Program-made: the position numbers and the translations under genes
Source of the DNA: Epithemia pelagica
Lineage: Eukaryota; Protista; Bacillariophyta
Direction of reading: 5' to 3'
NCBI GenBank assembly: GCA_946965045.2
Contig: OX337229.1
Span: 5,208,001-5,272,000 of the forward strand
DNA: 64,000 nucleotides
The notes under the pieces: generated by a model
Database searches by the model: none
What the model was told of the DNA's origin: nothing
What the model saw: the letters and a program-made list of their open reading frames with translations, nothing else
In this document: positions 22,201 through 34,146 of the stretch, one piece after another
Numbering within the stretch: position 1 is the first letter of the stretch
Layout of the letters: every line of letters starts with the position of its first letter

Positions 22201-24003
22201 TGGGCGAGAATGCGTCCTCCATGTTTGGTGCGAATCACCAGACCCAACAAGACAAACAAGGCCACGTAGACAAAGCAAACGATTCGAAGTGATTCCCCGA
22301 CCTCCTCGTAGGTACTTTGTATTTCAAACAAGGGTTGACAGGCATGTTGCGCCGTGGTTTCCGGATCCCGTATACAATTGGGACCGGCACAATCCTCCAC
22401 CAGTAATCCAAAGCGTTGCGTTTCTCCCGTGACCGGGTCGGGACCAAGGACAGCCTCGACACCTTCCGTCACAAACAAGCCAACAATCTCTTGAATGGAC
22501 CGTCCTTGAATGGTTGCCATTTCCCACAAGGCAATATCGTACCACAAGGTTCCTCGTAGGCCCGACAATGCGCTGGTCAGTTCCATGGACAAGCCAAAGC
22601 CCGTTTCGCGACAGTGTGATTCGTGATGCTCTTGTCCCAACAAGCCTCCCTTGCATGACATAGCCCTCTACTCCTAAATTTGCACAGGCCAATTGATGAA
22701 TTTCCAAGGCTGGAAAGAAAAAGCCATGTGTTAAACACGAGGGCATGATCCACGCCAAGGTGGGCCACCTGGAAGAGGATGATGATGTGGATTCCACATT
22801 CGCCGCAGGACGAGTGTCGTCCTCCATAGTGGGACAAGTGCTCTGGTTGTGATGATTGTTGTAGAGATGCGGCAAATGCGCAAACAAGGTCTCTTGTGTG
22901 GCACGCAATCGGGAGCCCATGCGTTCTACCACGGCTGTATTCTTTTCGACGAAATCACTGGGACTGGTAATGGTCAATTCCCAGGGTTCTGACGAGGATG
23001 TTGGTGAAGAACCAGGTAACGACGTGGATGACAGCCCTCGTTTTGATGGCGACTCGTCTTGATCGTCGGACGGAAACAAGTCTCGCAAGGAAAACAAAAT
23101 ACCCAAGACATCGTAGGTGGAGTCGAGCAACAAGAAGGATTCTTGGACAGGTTTTTGATTGGACGACGACAAGTCAGTGGATACTGGCGGTGGCGGCGTA
23201 AAGACGCCATTTCGAGCCATGCATTGCGTCGAGGCACAACATGGCAAATTGGACAAGGATTCATGCATGTTTTGGTTGGTAACCGAGGTTGCCTGGGTGG
23301 TTGTAGTAGTTGTGCAAAGGGGATGTCGTGTCTTGTTGACCGTATCCATATCAAACAAGCTCAAATCGGCAAAGTCACTCGTCATGGAGGAATCCACAAG
23401 TACCTTGAGATGGTTGATACCATTCATGCGTTGGGCGGCCGTTCTCAAGTCGGGAATGTGATTCAAGACACCCGTCGCTCCAGCCGAAATGCCCAAGGCA
23501 ATCAATTGTCCACCACCACCGTCGTTGTCTTGTTGGGGGGCCCTACCATTTGTGGTGGTGGTGCTTCGAGCTTGATATTCTTGCACCATGTATTCGAGAA
23601 CATGTTGAAAGTGCAAATCGCCATGACGGTAAATACCCGTTTCTTGCATGACCCCAGCGCCGAGAAACATGTCTTGCGAGCAGTAATAAACGGCGAATTT
23701 GACTGCATTGTGCAACACTGGATTGACGGTTGAATCATTGGATAAAATGTTGTGTCCTTGAATCTGCAAGGGCGCATACCGCGACGAAAACCGAAAAGGT
23801 TCGCCGTACATAACGTCTTGACATTGTTCCGGGGTTCCACACAAGCCACCTCCCAGAAAGACCAAGACAATATTGGGATTGGCAGTTGCAGTATCGTTTT
23901 TGCGTTGCCGAAGTGCCGACCAATCCTCGTAAAGACCCACGGGTGATCCATCGCCGCACTTGGCGCTGGAAAAGGATTCCAAGGAGATCCAATCCAAGGG
24001 CAT
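19297..24003 (-). CDS. Copy A: Notum/pectin-acetylesterase-like hydrolase + TM + ABCG half-transporter; disrupted as assembled and lacking Walker A (possible pseudogene)
   Basis: Hydrolase motifs AKCGDGSP, FLGGG, GISAG, STYD and CLTH; TM IVCFVYVALFVLLGLVI; ABC motifs YLRQSD, CSGGQRR, LLLDE|PLSGLD (intron 20671-20799) and VSLHQP; ABC2-type TM region. Frame changes near 22660 and near 21680, where no P-loop is found. Confidence 0.8.
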
Positions 24004-24458
24004 GTTTGTTGCCTGGCGCTTGCTTGGCTGGTGGTTGGTATTTTGAGAAGACCGCTCGGAATAGATGCCAAAGCATATAGGGAACAAGATCTATCGTGTA
24101 TTGTGTGTGTTGTGCATGAAGCAGATGAGGCGACTCTTTTTGAGGAAACAAAAAAAACCCCGAGATGTATCCACAATCTTGTGTTGAGTTTCATGTTCCA
24201 AGTTCCAAAATGACGGCAGGAACAAACAAAAAACCGTAACAGACTTGACGATCAAAGATTCTGTTTTCTCATCCGCATTGCTCCACAGAAACCGTAACGA
24301 CCCTGGCTACCTGCGAGGTGCTAGATTGATCGGGTTGCTTGCACTTGTTTTGGATTGCTCCTCCTCTCTATACTCTACTAGTTGATTGAAGAGCAACTTT
24401 CTCGATCTTACAGATAAAGAGGTAGATCCTTGAGCAGAATCCACAGTCCAAAACGATC

Positions 24459-27400
24459 ATGCCCATGCAATGGATTTCCTTGCAGAATGTATCGAACGCC
24501 AAATGTGGTGATGGTAGTCCAGTGGGACTTTATCAAGGAGAAGCACCAGACACTATGGATGAATCCAACCGCCATCACCACCACCACCACAACAACAATC
24601 ATGTCTTGGTCTTTCTCGGTCATCATCCCAGCCACAACAGTGCTCCTTGTTTGTCGGATTCGGATTGTGCCAAAGTCCTTGAGGAAGAACCCTACCGATT
24701 TTCCTCTCGTTATGCACCTCCCCAATTCCACGGCCAGGGACTCTTGTCCAACGACCCAGCACTCAATCCAGTTTTGTATGCCTTTCACAAATGGGCCGTG
24801 TACGATTGTTCCAACGATTGGTACTTGGGGTCATCTTCTTCCTCCTCGTCCTCCGTGAGGAGTGGCACAATTTATCGACACGGTCATGATCATGTCCAAA
24901 GTGTCTTGGACCATGTGGTCCAACACAGCACCAAACACAACCACCACAACCAGAACAAGAAAACGGGCCAATTGGTGGTGGTGGGCATTTCGTCCAGTGG
25001 CACCTTGGGGACCTTGAATCAGTTACCAGCCCTTCGAAGAGCGGCCCAGGAATTGGGTGTGGCCAAACTCAAACTCGTCTTGGAGGAGGTTTCATCCTCC
25101 TCCACCTCCGCCCTGTCATCATCACGCGTGTGGAAGACAGATTTCAAGACACGATTAAATCTAGCCACTCTGGTGAACCGATCCCAACATCCTCTCTGTT
25201 ATCAAACGGCCAACCACTTGCGGTTGGTTGCGGGTCTGGAACGTCTCAGAGACAAAGAAGAAGAAGAAGATGATGATGAAACTTCTTCAATTCCGTGTTG
25301 TCTCTCGACACACTGTCTCTTGCAAAGAGGCATCTTGACACCACCCCAACCCATGTTGTCGCCGTCAACCACCGCCACTAACGATACGACAGTCGTACTC
25401 GAAGAATCGGTATTGGTTTTGGATTCGACCTACGATGTACATAGTACCTGGCAATCCTTGGCTCGTCGTGGTCCTCATGATTGGAACAACAACGAGGACA
25501 ACCCCAAAGATGGTAGCTTCACTGCTAGTACGAGTCAGTCGGTGGAAACTGCCTTGGCTGTGGTGGAGACCATGGGGGCACGCCTCCAGGTGACACACGA
25601 AACCATCAAGAATGTGACTGCTACTGTTCGTCCTGCTGCCACCACAACGTTTCTTCAAGTGCCACCCGCTTCTGTCACATGGCTGGTGTCATCCTGTTGG
25701 ACTCAAGGATTCTTGTTTCCGGCCATGCCAATCAATCAATTGGCCTGTAAATGGAGTGCCAACAACAGCGACGAGTGGACCACGCAATGTCCCGCCCCAT
25801 TCGAAGACGACATGAAAGAACCCATGATGGGTCATTCCAGTCTCTTGTTGCCACCCTCACTCCATGCCACTTTGTGGTATCATCCCCATGTATGGGAATG
25901 GGCCTCGGTTCATGGGCAATCCATTCGTGATTGGATTGGAACATTTGTCCATTTTGCGGAGGGATCGTCTTCCACCATGATACCGACGGGACTGGTTTTG
26001 GACCATTGTGTCGGTCCCAATTGTCTGGATCATAACGGAGGAGTCCTCGTCGATTCCAAACAACCCCATGCCTGCCAAGCCTTGTTTCAAATTGAATCCA
26101 CGTACCAGGAAGTGAATCTTGCTGTTCGAACGACATGGTTTGTCTACCTGGCCTTGTTTGCTTTGTTAGGGATTTGGATCCAATCGGGGGCTCCTCATCG
26201 TAAGCAAAGATTGTACCGCAAAAGTCACGACAACAACAGCAACAACACACGGAACAATGGGTTCGATCTACTACTACAGCACCTTCGTCAGTGGTTTTGG
26301 CGGCAGGCGGTGGTCCAATGGTTGCTTGGTCGGCGATGGGGCGGTATTCTACCCATCAAGAAGGACTTCCACAAACCGACGTCATCACAGCAACAACCAG
26401 AAGGAGAAACAGAACGCACAAACGATACAACGCCAACGTCAAATGAAGAACAAAACAGAGACAATGAGGACAACGAGAGAGCACACCGCAGCATAGTCAA
26501 GCTCACCAATGTGACGGTTCAGTTCCGTCAATCAACGGCCCCTTCTTCTTTGGCCCGTTTCCGTGGCTGTCGTGTCGTACAGCGGTGGGTATACGTGTTC
26601 TCTTCTTCATCATCAAGGAATGCTAGATGCTCTCAAACCAACTAGCAGAATCAGCAAACGGCACAACAGCGACCCCCTATTTGCAAAAGCCAGCATCCGA
26701 AACGCTCCAAAAAGAATACCAACACGGCCTCTCTGACGAGCACTACTAGATCGAGCAATCCTACTACTTCCAAGAAATTGTTGGATAGTATTCATCTCGA
26801 ACTACAACCAGGTACATTGAATGGTCTGTTGGGACGATCTGGGTCGGGAAAGTCCACATTGGTAAGACGAAAGACGATGGTTAATCTTTTTGCCTAGAAT
26901 GTTTGTAATCTCATGATTTGTACTTTCTCTTTGTTGACTTCTTGTTTTCTTTGGAATGACGACCACCTTCTTCTAGCTAAGTACCATGTGCGGCCAAATG
27001 CGTTCGGGTCTAGCATTGGATCCCAGAAGTAAAATTGAAATGGACCGAGAGAATACGACGTATCTTAGACAACATGACGTGGTTGCCATGGGCAACATGA
27101 CACCGGCCGCGTACTTGCAATCGTGTTCCGAGTTGTACGGGGCCGACCCAAGCCTCCACGCTCAAGTGCAAGCCTTTGTGCAGCAGTTTTTCTCAAACAA
27201 AAAGGAGAGTGACGAGGATGTGGAATGTGCGTATGGTTTGGTGCAAGTTGAGGATAGGATTAACAGTGCTGTCCAGGACCACGAGGAAGAGAGCCTGTCG
27301 TTGGCCCAAAATCGCGAGACGGTTTCTAGTGGACCACCTTCTAATGCATCGGAAAGAAACGATGCATACGTTCCTACTGCTCTTGAAGGTAAACAAGCTT

Positions 27401-29132
27401 CAAGCAAGAAGGATCCCTTCCTTACCTCCAAAACTACCAGTGAGGATGACAAGATGCAAAATCTGGATCAATTGACTACTAAGCAAGTCAGGAATGACGA
27501 CGAAGAGATGCAAAGCAAAACAAGCACATATACTAAACCAATTATCGTCGTGAAAGCCCCACTTGATCCCCAAGCGGACGTCGCCTCATCAGGAGCAGCA
27601 CTCCCTTCTAACCGATCAGGAATACCGCCTGCTTCGACTCATTTGATGGTAGTCAACGCATATCAAGCACCGACATGTCGTCCGATGGCCAAGTCATCGA
27701 TGGACCGTTTGGGGTGAACAAAATTAGCAAATGCAGTGGTGGTCAGCGGCGTATTCTTGCCATCGCCGCGGCTCTATTAACCAACCCGTTGGTGCTATTG
27801 TTGGACGAGGTAGGTTGGTGGATATAACTACTCGTGTGGCATGAAACCATTCCCGTTGCTATATGTGATCATAACGTCTCACCCCCGACAATGCTTTGGT
27901 GTACTCTTCAGCCACTCTCGGGTTTGGACACTGTGGCAAGTGAAAGGTTAATGGAGTTTCTGAGGAATCTCGCTTACCATCAAGGTCGAACTATTTTGAT
28001 ATCTCTCCATCAACCGTCCGATACGATCCTTCGTTACTTTGATACGATAGTCCTTATGATATAAGGCAGGATTGTTCTCGACCAAACAGTGCCCTTGTTG
28101 TTACAAGCCCTGGCATTGCAGGAATTCACTGTTGAACCTCCATCTCTTTCAAGATTTGTGAATCAGGTCGTTCGGTTTGCTGCTGTTTCTGTGTCTATGA
28201 GGTCGAGTATCCAACAATTGCTCGAAGACGATGCGGTACCATCCTCATCGTCACTGGTGGCACAAAGGGTCCCAGGAAACGGCGTGATGTGGAAGAAGAA
28301 GAAAGCCAGACGGAACCCATTTTCCCAAGTCGTAGCTATGGGTCATCGACTTCGTTTGCAATACGGTTCAAACATTTTTGATATCGTGGTGTTACCCATT
28401 GCTTTTGCCATTATGGCCTATATTCTCAACTTTGATGGTCACTCACCCAAGAAAACTACCATTGGATGCATGATGCTCTTTTTCATTCCCATTATTATAG
28501 TTCAAAACCATGTCTTGTTGGGTACAAAAATATGGGTGGATCATGGATTCGAACTGGACGATGGCCGCGTCTTTTTGGCTTCTTATCAAGTTGCCTCCCT
28601 CTTATACTGCCTTTCGATTGCGGTTTTATCTACTTTGGTCTCTTTGGCAATTGCCTATGCTATTTTGGAGTGGGATTGGGCCTCCTTCCCGAATCAGCTG
28701 GTATTTGGATGTGTCTATTTGCTGCTTATTATTGGCTTTGGACGGTGCTTGAGTTTGGTATTCAATGGAGACTACATCTTTTTTCGAGTATATCTGCTCG
28801 TTATTTTCCTGAACATTTGCCTTGCAGGATATCTATCCACGCCTGGTCAAGCTCCCGAGAGTGTACGGTGGCTTTTTAGCCTGTCGTTTACATTTTGGGC
28901 CTTTGCTGGCGTATTGACGAATCAATTTGAACATAACAAGGATATTGGTGGAGAGAACCCGTGCCAAAGCTTTGCCACCTGTGTCATGTACAATGGTGAT
29001 TTTTTGGCTGCCTATTCGGGCTTTTGGCCCTTTGGCAATACCCGTCTGGCACTCAATGTACTGACTGGAATCTATCTCGTGTTTGTAGTTGCCGAGTATT
29101 GGCTGCTCCGGCTTCGACGAGCACATGCGTAG
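24459..29132 (+). CDS. Copy B: Notum/pectin-acetylesterase-like domain + TM + ABCG half-transporter; in-frame stop as assembled (possible pseudogene)
   Basis: AKCGDGSP; Walker A GRSGSGKST (26832-26858); introns 26862-26976 and 27810-27911; CSGGQRR, LLLDE|PLSGLD and ISLHQP; TM domain 28089-29132. In-frame TAG at 26643 (removable by a 57-nt GT-AG intron 26589-26645), an unresolved frame change near 27620, and in-frame TAA at 28062-28064 (LMI*GRIVL versus VLQKGRVVL in copy A). Confidence 0.8.
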
Positions 29133-29849
29133 AGCAGGATCTCGCCCTCTGCATCTGGTTCACGGTTCTACTGAACATCGGGTACAAGTAAACCGTTCTA
29201 TGAACATCAAATCCTGCTGTAGGAACACAAAAGCATGTAATTCCACCCCTTAAAAAAGAAAAATCGTCTCGATGGGCGCGCATGCTCGTTCTCGTAGTTT
29301 TCAAGCAGTCCCGTTCGCCTCCACACGAGTAATCATGATGTGTTACGTAAACTCGCGTCTATCCTCGAAATGATAAAACAACCATGAAAGTTCGCGGTTC
29401 TTATATGTCCAACATGCATTTATACTCTCATTCAGAGTACGGAAGCAGAGAGCGAATTGAGATTGCAACCAAATACAGCTGCAGTTTGCATCACGTCGTG
29501 TAGAATTCTTCCTGGCTGGGTTCCCATCACCCATCACCATCCTGCATGTGTTGTAGTGGATGCGGATGCATGAGTGTGCATCAGTATGGTACGCGAACCT
29601 GAGTGGTCATTGATGAAACCCTTGAAGGGAGAAAGCTCAACCAATCCTTGCTGGACCAAACTCTATGAGTTACAAAATTGGGAACCACGAATGCGCAATC
29701 CAGGGTCTACCAAGTGCTTGGTTGGACGGCATCAGAAAACCAGGAGGAGCGAAGGACTGAGGACGAGTAGTCCAACAACGAAAGGATGTACCGAGGCAAA
29801 CCACCTAGGTATGACCTTGTCGGAGATGTTCCAGTGCTTTCATCGCATC

Positions 29850-31841
29850 TTATGTATATTCATGTTCTATTCCAGGCTGGACGCATAGTCCGTCCACAAC
29901 ATTCTTGAGCAATTCCGTTGCTTGCTCCCGTTCACCACGATCACGGTACAGTAACGCCAATTTATACTTGTAGCGGAGACTAAGTGGATGTTGATCCCCC
30001 ATCAATCGACAATTGTGCTCCACGGCTTGACAAATGAGGGATTCGGTTTCTTCTCCCAAATTCTTTTCCAGTCGAAGAATGTCACCCAAGTTAGACATTG
30101 CGGTAAGAGTGCGAAAGTTACAGTCCCCATACTGTTGCCGTAGCCCCGAAATTGCTTCGCGAAGCAACGATGCTGCTTCCTTCAAGTCACCTTGATCCTG
30201 CTTCAGTTTTGCAAAGTTGTTGATTGACATGAGGGTATGCGGATGATACTTGCCCATACGCTGTCGTAGACCTTCGAGCGATTCTCGAAATAGCCGCTCG
30301 GATTGACTAAGTTTTCCTCTACAACGCAATACTTCGGCCAAATTGTTCATTGAAGCAAGCGTGTCCGGGTTTTGGTTCCCCAACTTTCGTCGGCGCCCTT
30401 TTAAGACTTCACCATGTAGGACTTCAGCCTCGTTCAACTTCCCCTTGTATCGACACAGTTCTGCCATGCTGGAAATTGAAGATAACGTCTGTACATGATG
30501 ACTTCCCAGTTGTGCACGCCGCCCGTTCAAAGCTTGACGACAAAGCGCTTCGGCTTCTTCAAACTTTCCTTGTAATTGAAGGACCGTCGACAGATTGTCA
30601 AGAATCAGAAAAGTTAGCCGATCCTTTGATGGATCTTTGTTGCCAGACGGCCATGGTCGATTTGTCAACCATTGATGACGGCGTTCTAGAGCTTCACGAT
30701 ACAACACCTCCGCTTCTGCAAAGTGTTGCTGACTGTCGAGCAGAAGTGCGACGTTGTTCAGATGTGCAGGGTTGATTACGCTACTTCGTCGACGCATGCG
30801 CTCTAAATGGGAGCGGGCAACATGAGTAAGCCATTCACGCATTTTGGCAACAACAATGCTGTTGACATTTGAGAGTCCTTGTTTTCGCATCCAATGCAAC
30901 AGGACAGTTCGATCATGATCATTTTCCGCCTTTCCGTTGTTCGCATCTACTTTGGAAAGAGATTGCTGGATGGTTTTGAATTCTGTGACACTCTCAATGC
31001 AATTTGTGACAAAGTGCTCTAGTTGGGCTTGCGACAGAAGCACGACCAGGTCCGCACCGGCCTCTGCTGTACAAAATATTTCCCACAGGACCCAAATCTG
31101 TTTCAACGTGCGCATCACGTCGTTCAACTTTTCCAGAACAAGCGCTGTTTTGCCGATCCGTTTGATTTGACGTTGCAAATCGTTCATGAGGATTTTCGCA
31201 AACTCATGGACTTGGACATGTCCCTTTTTGCCCGTCCAGGTGACTTGGTCGACACAGAAAATGTCCATCCAAATATAATCCTCTGGTGGTAGTGTGGTCA
31301 ACACTTGCACCAGGTGCCGAAGAGTGTAGCCGCCAGTGTAGGATATGAAGCGAGTAGCGGGCGATACAATGACAGAGGGATATGAAAACAAGCGGCTTTC
31401 CCCTTCCTGATTCCTGGAACCAATCTGACTGACAAAGGGACCCGGGGGAACCAGAAAGGCGTGGTCAACCTTGCGTTCTTTCACCCATTGTCGAATGATT
31501 TCAATGATGCATACTTTGCGCACAAACCACAGCTCGCAACCAAATTCTTGCAGCAACTTCATGTAGGGCGACTGGCAAAACACCTCCACGAACCAACTGG
31601 CCTGGATTCCATTCCAGGAAACGAGACTGGTTGCTGTTTGAGGGAGAGGGCTATTACGCAAGTCTTGAATGATTTCAGGAATTGTTTGTCCATCTTGTTC
31701 CGTTACTCCCTGCGCTTGATCGTAGAGTCGACTGGCCAATTCTACCTGGTGTTCCAGACTGGCCTTGTGGTTATGGTATTGGAGCCATTCGGAAAAGCTG
31801 CTGGTTTTCGTGAGATAGTCCCTCCACCACTCATCTTGCAT
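29850..31841 (-). CDS. HET-like domain + kinesin-light-chain-type TPR repeat protein
   Basis: FISYTGG, WMDIFCVDQ and WVLWEIF motifs, followed by ~42-aa repeats (LGxxHPxTLxSxNNLAxxL...G...EAE). Confidence 0.75.
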   Translation of the reverse strand: MQDEWWRDYLTKTSSFSEWLQYHNHKASLEHQVELASRLYDQAQGVTEQDGQTIPEIIQDLRNSPLPQTATSLVSWNGIQASWFVEVFCQSPYMKLLQEFGCELWFVRKVCIIEIIRQWVKERKVDHAFLVPPGPFVSQIGSRNQEGESRLFSYPSVIVSPATRFISYTGGYTLRHLVQVLTTLPPEDYIWMDIFCVDQVTWTGKKGHVQVHEFAKILMNDLQRQIKRIGKTALVLEKLNDVMRTLKQIWVLWEIFCTAEAGADLVVLLSQAQLEHFVTNCIESVTEFKTIQQSLSKVDANNGKAENDHDRTVLLHWMRKQGLSNVNSIVVAKMREWLTHVARSHLERMRRRSSVINPAHLNNVALLLDSQQHFAEAEVLYREALERRHQWLTNRPWPSGNKDPSKDRLTFLILDNLSTVLQLQGKFEEAEALCRQALNGRRAQLGSHHVQTLSSISSMAELCRYKGKLNEAEVLHGEVLKGRRRKLGNQNPDTLASMNNLAEVLRCRGKLSQSERLFRESLEGLRQRMGKYHPHTLMSINNFAKLKQDQGDLKEAASLLREAISGLRQQYGDCNFRTLTAMSNLGDILRLEKNLGEETESLICQAVEHNCRLMGDQHPLSLRYKYKLALLYRDRGEREQATELLKNVVDGLCVQPGIEHEYT

Positions 31842-33264
31842 GGACTGTTCCTCGGGGTCTGCTTAGCAGCGAGACAAGAGAGAAATGCTAGTAAAACCCT
31901 TTTCAAGTAAAAACAAAAAACAGAAAAATTCATTGTTCCATTCCGTTCAAGTCGTACCGAGGTATTCCTTCTTCATGCGGTGTTGATGCTTTCGTTTCCT
32001 CGTGTTGTCAGATTAACCACAGGACAAGCACCACGCATGTGAGCGATCCCCTGTCGTGGCGCGATAGCAGGTCCCCACAATAGGACTCATGCCGCAATCC
32101 TGACAACGCCACTGCCGGCCATGAATCGAAAGTCGCTTTACACTCAAGGCTTTGGCCATGGTACCCTAGTCTTTCGATGTTCGACGTCGGAGAGAGGTAA
32201 GAAGAAAGGGTGATGGTTCTCTACCGCAGAAGCAGAAAGGGGTGTTCGACTTGGACACATGGAACGACACAGACGGAAGGATGCGAGAGCCGTCACATGG
32301 CACGGAGTCGTGATTGCGCAGTTGCGACCAACTGCGAGTTCCTTGTTTTGCGTCAATCGCGCTCTGGCAGCTGGTCCCGCAATCGAAAAATTCGGACACG
32401 TGAAAGCCACCATGACTCAATCATGAGCTTGTGATGTACCGACCAAACCAAGAAGAAGTAGAAGTAGAGGAAATCAGACGACTCAAACTTCTTGGACCTC
32501 GAACAAAGACATTTCAGTCCATTTTGTTCTCAGAATGTGAGGTACCAATCTCAGGCGGAGGTTCTTCTAAGAAAGCCGTATAGTTTAGGTTCCGAATATA
32601 CTGTTCACTTGAGCCCCTTTAGCCACCGTCATGTGATGTAGAAGGCGTATGCGATCGCGAAAGGGTTGTCCAGTTGCATGTTGTTCTCGGTTCTCGGGAT
32701 CGTTCTGAATCCCACCGGTCTGCCAGATCGGTGCGGATACCTGAAAACATGAGGGAAACCAAATTCTTGATATTGATGGGTTTGTCGTGAGAAACGACTT
32801 GGAGTCTCGTAGAGAATATGGACCTGCGGATTTGCAAAGGGCGCCGCGGGACGGGTCGGCGTTTGGGGGATGATGGATGGACGACTTGTAACTGCAGAAT
32901 ACCCGATGGATGTAGAGTGCGTCATGGTGTCACACTCCAACTGACAGGCCCATCCAGACTCACAATGCTTCACCATAGCCCGCAAAAACTTTGATGAAAA
33001 ATCTGACGGAGTCGACAATAAATAGAGCGGAGTCGAGTCGTTTGGGGAGTCATTGGGGGACTTGTACAGTTCGGTCTCGCGAGGAATTGCCCCAAAAATT
33101 TGGCGTCTCCTTGACCTGTCCACAAAATTGCTTCAACTCCCAGAAAACCAAAACAAAAGAGACAACCTCTCTATACAAAGACCTGATGTCCATGACACTC
33201 GAGGCATTGCAGTTCTCATAAAAAGGCCACACGCCATCCATCAAACACCTTCCACTTCATAAAA

Positions 33265-34146
33265 ATGCGTATGGAAATGAATGACTCGCCTCTCGTCCAC
33301 GGTCGAACTACAATGACAAACGGCGGTTGCACCAGTACATGGTGTTGTGGCGTCGAAGACAATGACACTTTTATCCAAAAGCCTCACTGTTTGACTGACA
33401 CCGACGATTCGGGTTCGGTGACATCGATATGTACTGATAGAACCAGTACGTCCTCTACCTCCTCTTCGAGTGCATGTCCACTCCGACGAGCCTCTTCGAT
33501 ATCATCTTCCGGTTCCTTCGTGTACAATCGATCGGTGAGCTTCAATTTGAAAGCCAATCAGTTTGTCGAGCACGATGAACGCCATGCTGTTCCCGCGGAA
33601 CATACATGGTACCACGCCGAGGAGTTGATGAGTATGAAGAAACAAGCAGTGGCGCAAGCCAGAGACTTTTTCGTCTACAATCCCCAAGCGCTTTACACCC
33701 GAGACATTTTGGGATCAATCTATGAATACGCACGCATGAACAGTGAGAGTAACGGGGTAACGGATGAATCTCAGCCACCAACAAGATCATGGCTTCCATC
33801 TTTACCACGGTCGGTCATTGAAAATGGTCTACGACAACAATTGTCGCATCAGGTGTACCAATCCAGTGCGGGCGATGTCGTTGTGGGTCTGGAACGTATA
33901 TTGGTGGGTGGTATCATCACCAACAACAAGCAGGCTCGACGAGAAGTACTCTTGGCATTGAAAAACATGAAGGAAACCTCGGCCGACTATGTTCACCAGC
34001 TGTTGCAACACTCTTCCTGTTGGGCATTGTGGCAACAGGCCACAACCTCCTCCCGGGTGTTTGCTCATGAACTCGCCTTGGCTCTTGAAGCGTCCTTGCA
34101 GACTAACACTGCCACTACCATTGAAGAAATCCCGACCCTGGTGTAA
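33265..34146 (+). CDS. Unnamed diatom-type family protein, paralogue 1
   Basis: Ser-rich N-terminus, then SVSFNLKAN, WYHAEELMSMKKQA, ILGSIY and GLERILVG; shared with the next two ORFs. Confidence 0.7.
   Translation: MRMEMNDSPLVHGRTTMTNGGCTSTWCCGVEDNDTFIQKPHCLTDTDDSGSVTSICTDRTSTSSTSSSSACPLRRASSISSSGSFVYNRSVSFNLKANQFVEHDERHAVPAEHTWYHAEELMSMKKQAVAQARDFFVYNPQALYTRDILGSIYEYARMNSESNGVTDESQPPTRSWLPSLPRSVIENGLRQQLSHQVYQSSAGDVVVGLERILVGGIITNNKQARREVLLALKNMKETSADYVHQLLQHSSCWALWQQATTSSRVFAHELALALEASLQTNTATTIEEIPTLV

Noticed and set aside
29850-31841. True kinesin light chain or canonical NLR
   Set aside because: No N-terminal heptad region as in KLC, and no NACHT/NB-ARC Walker motifs.
32144-33244. Possible small gene or pseudogene (32629-33123 and neighbours)
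   Set aside because: No motif recognised and the frames are not joined by convincing splice sites.
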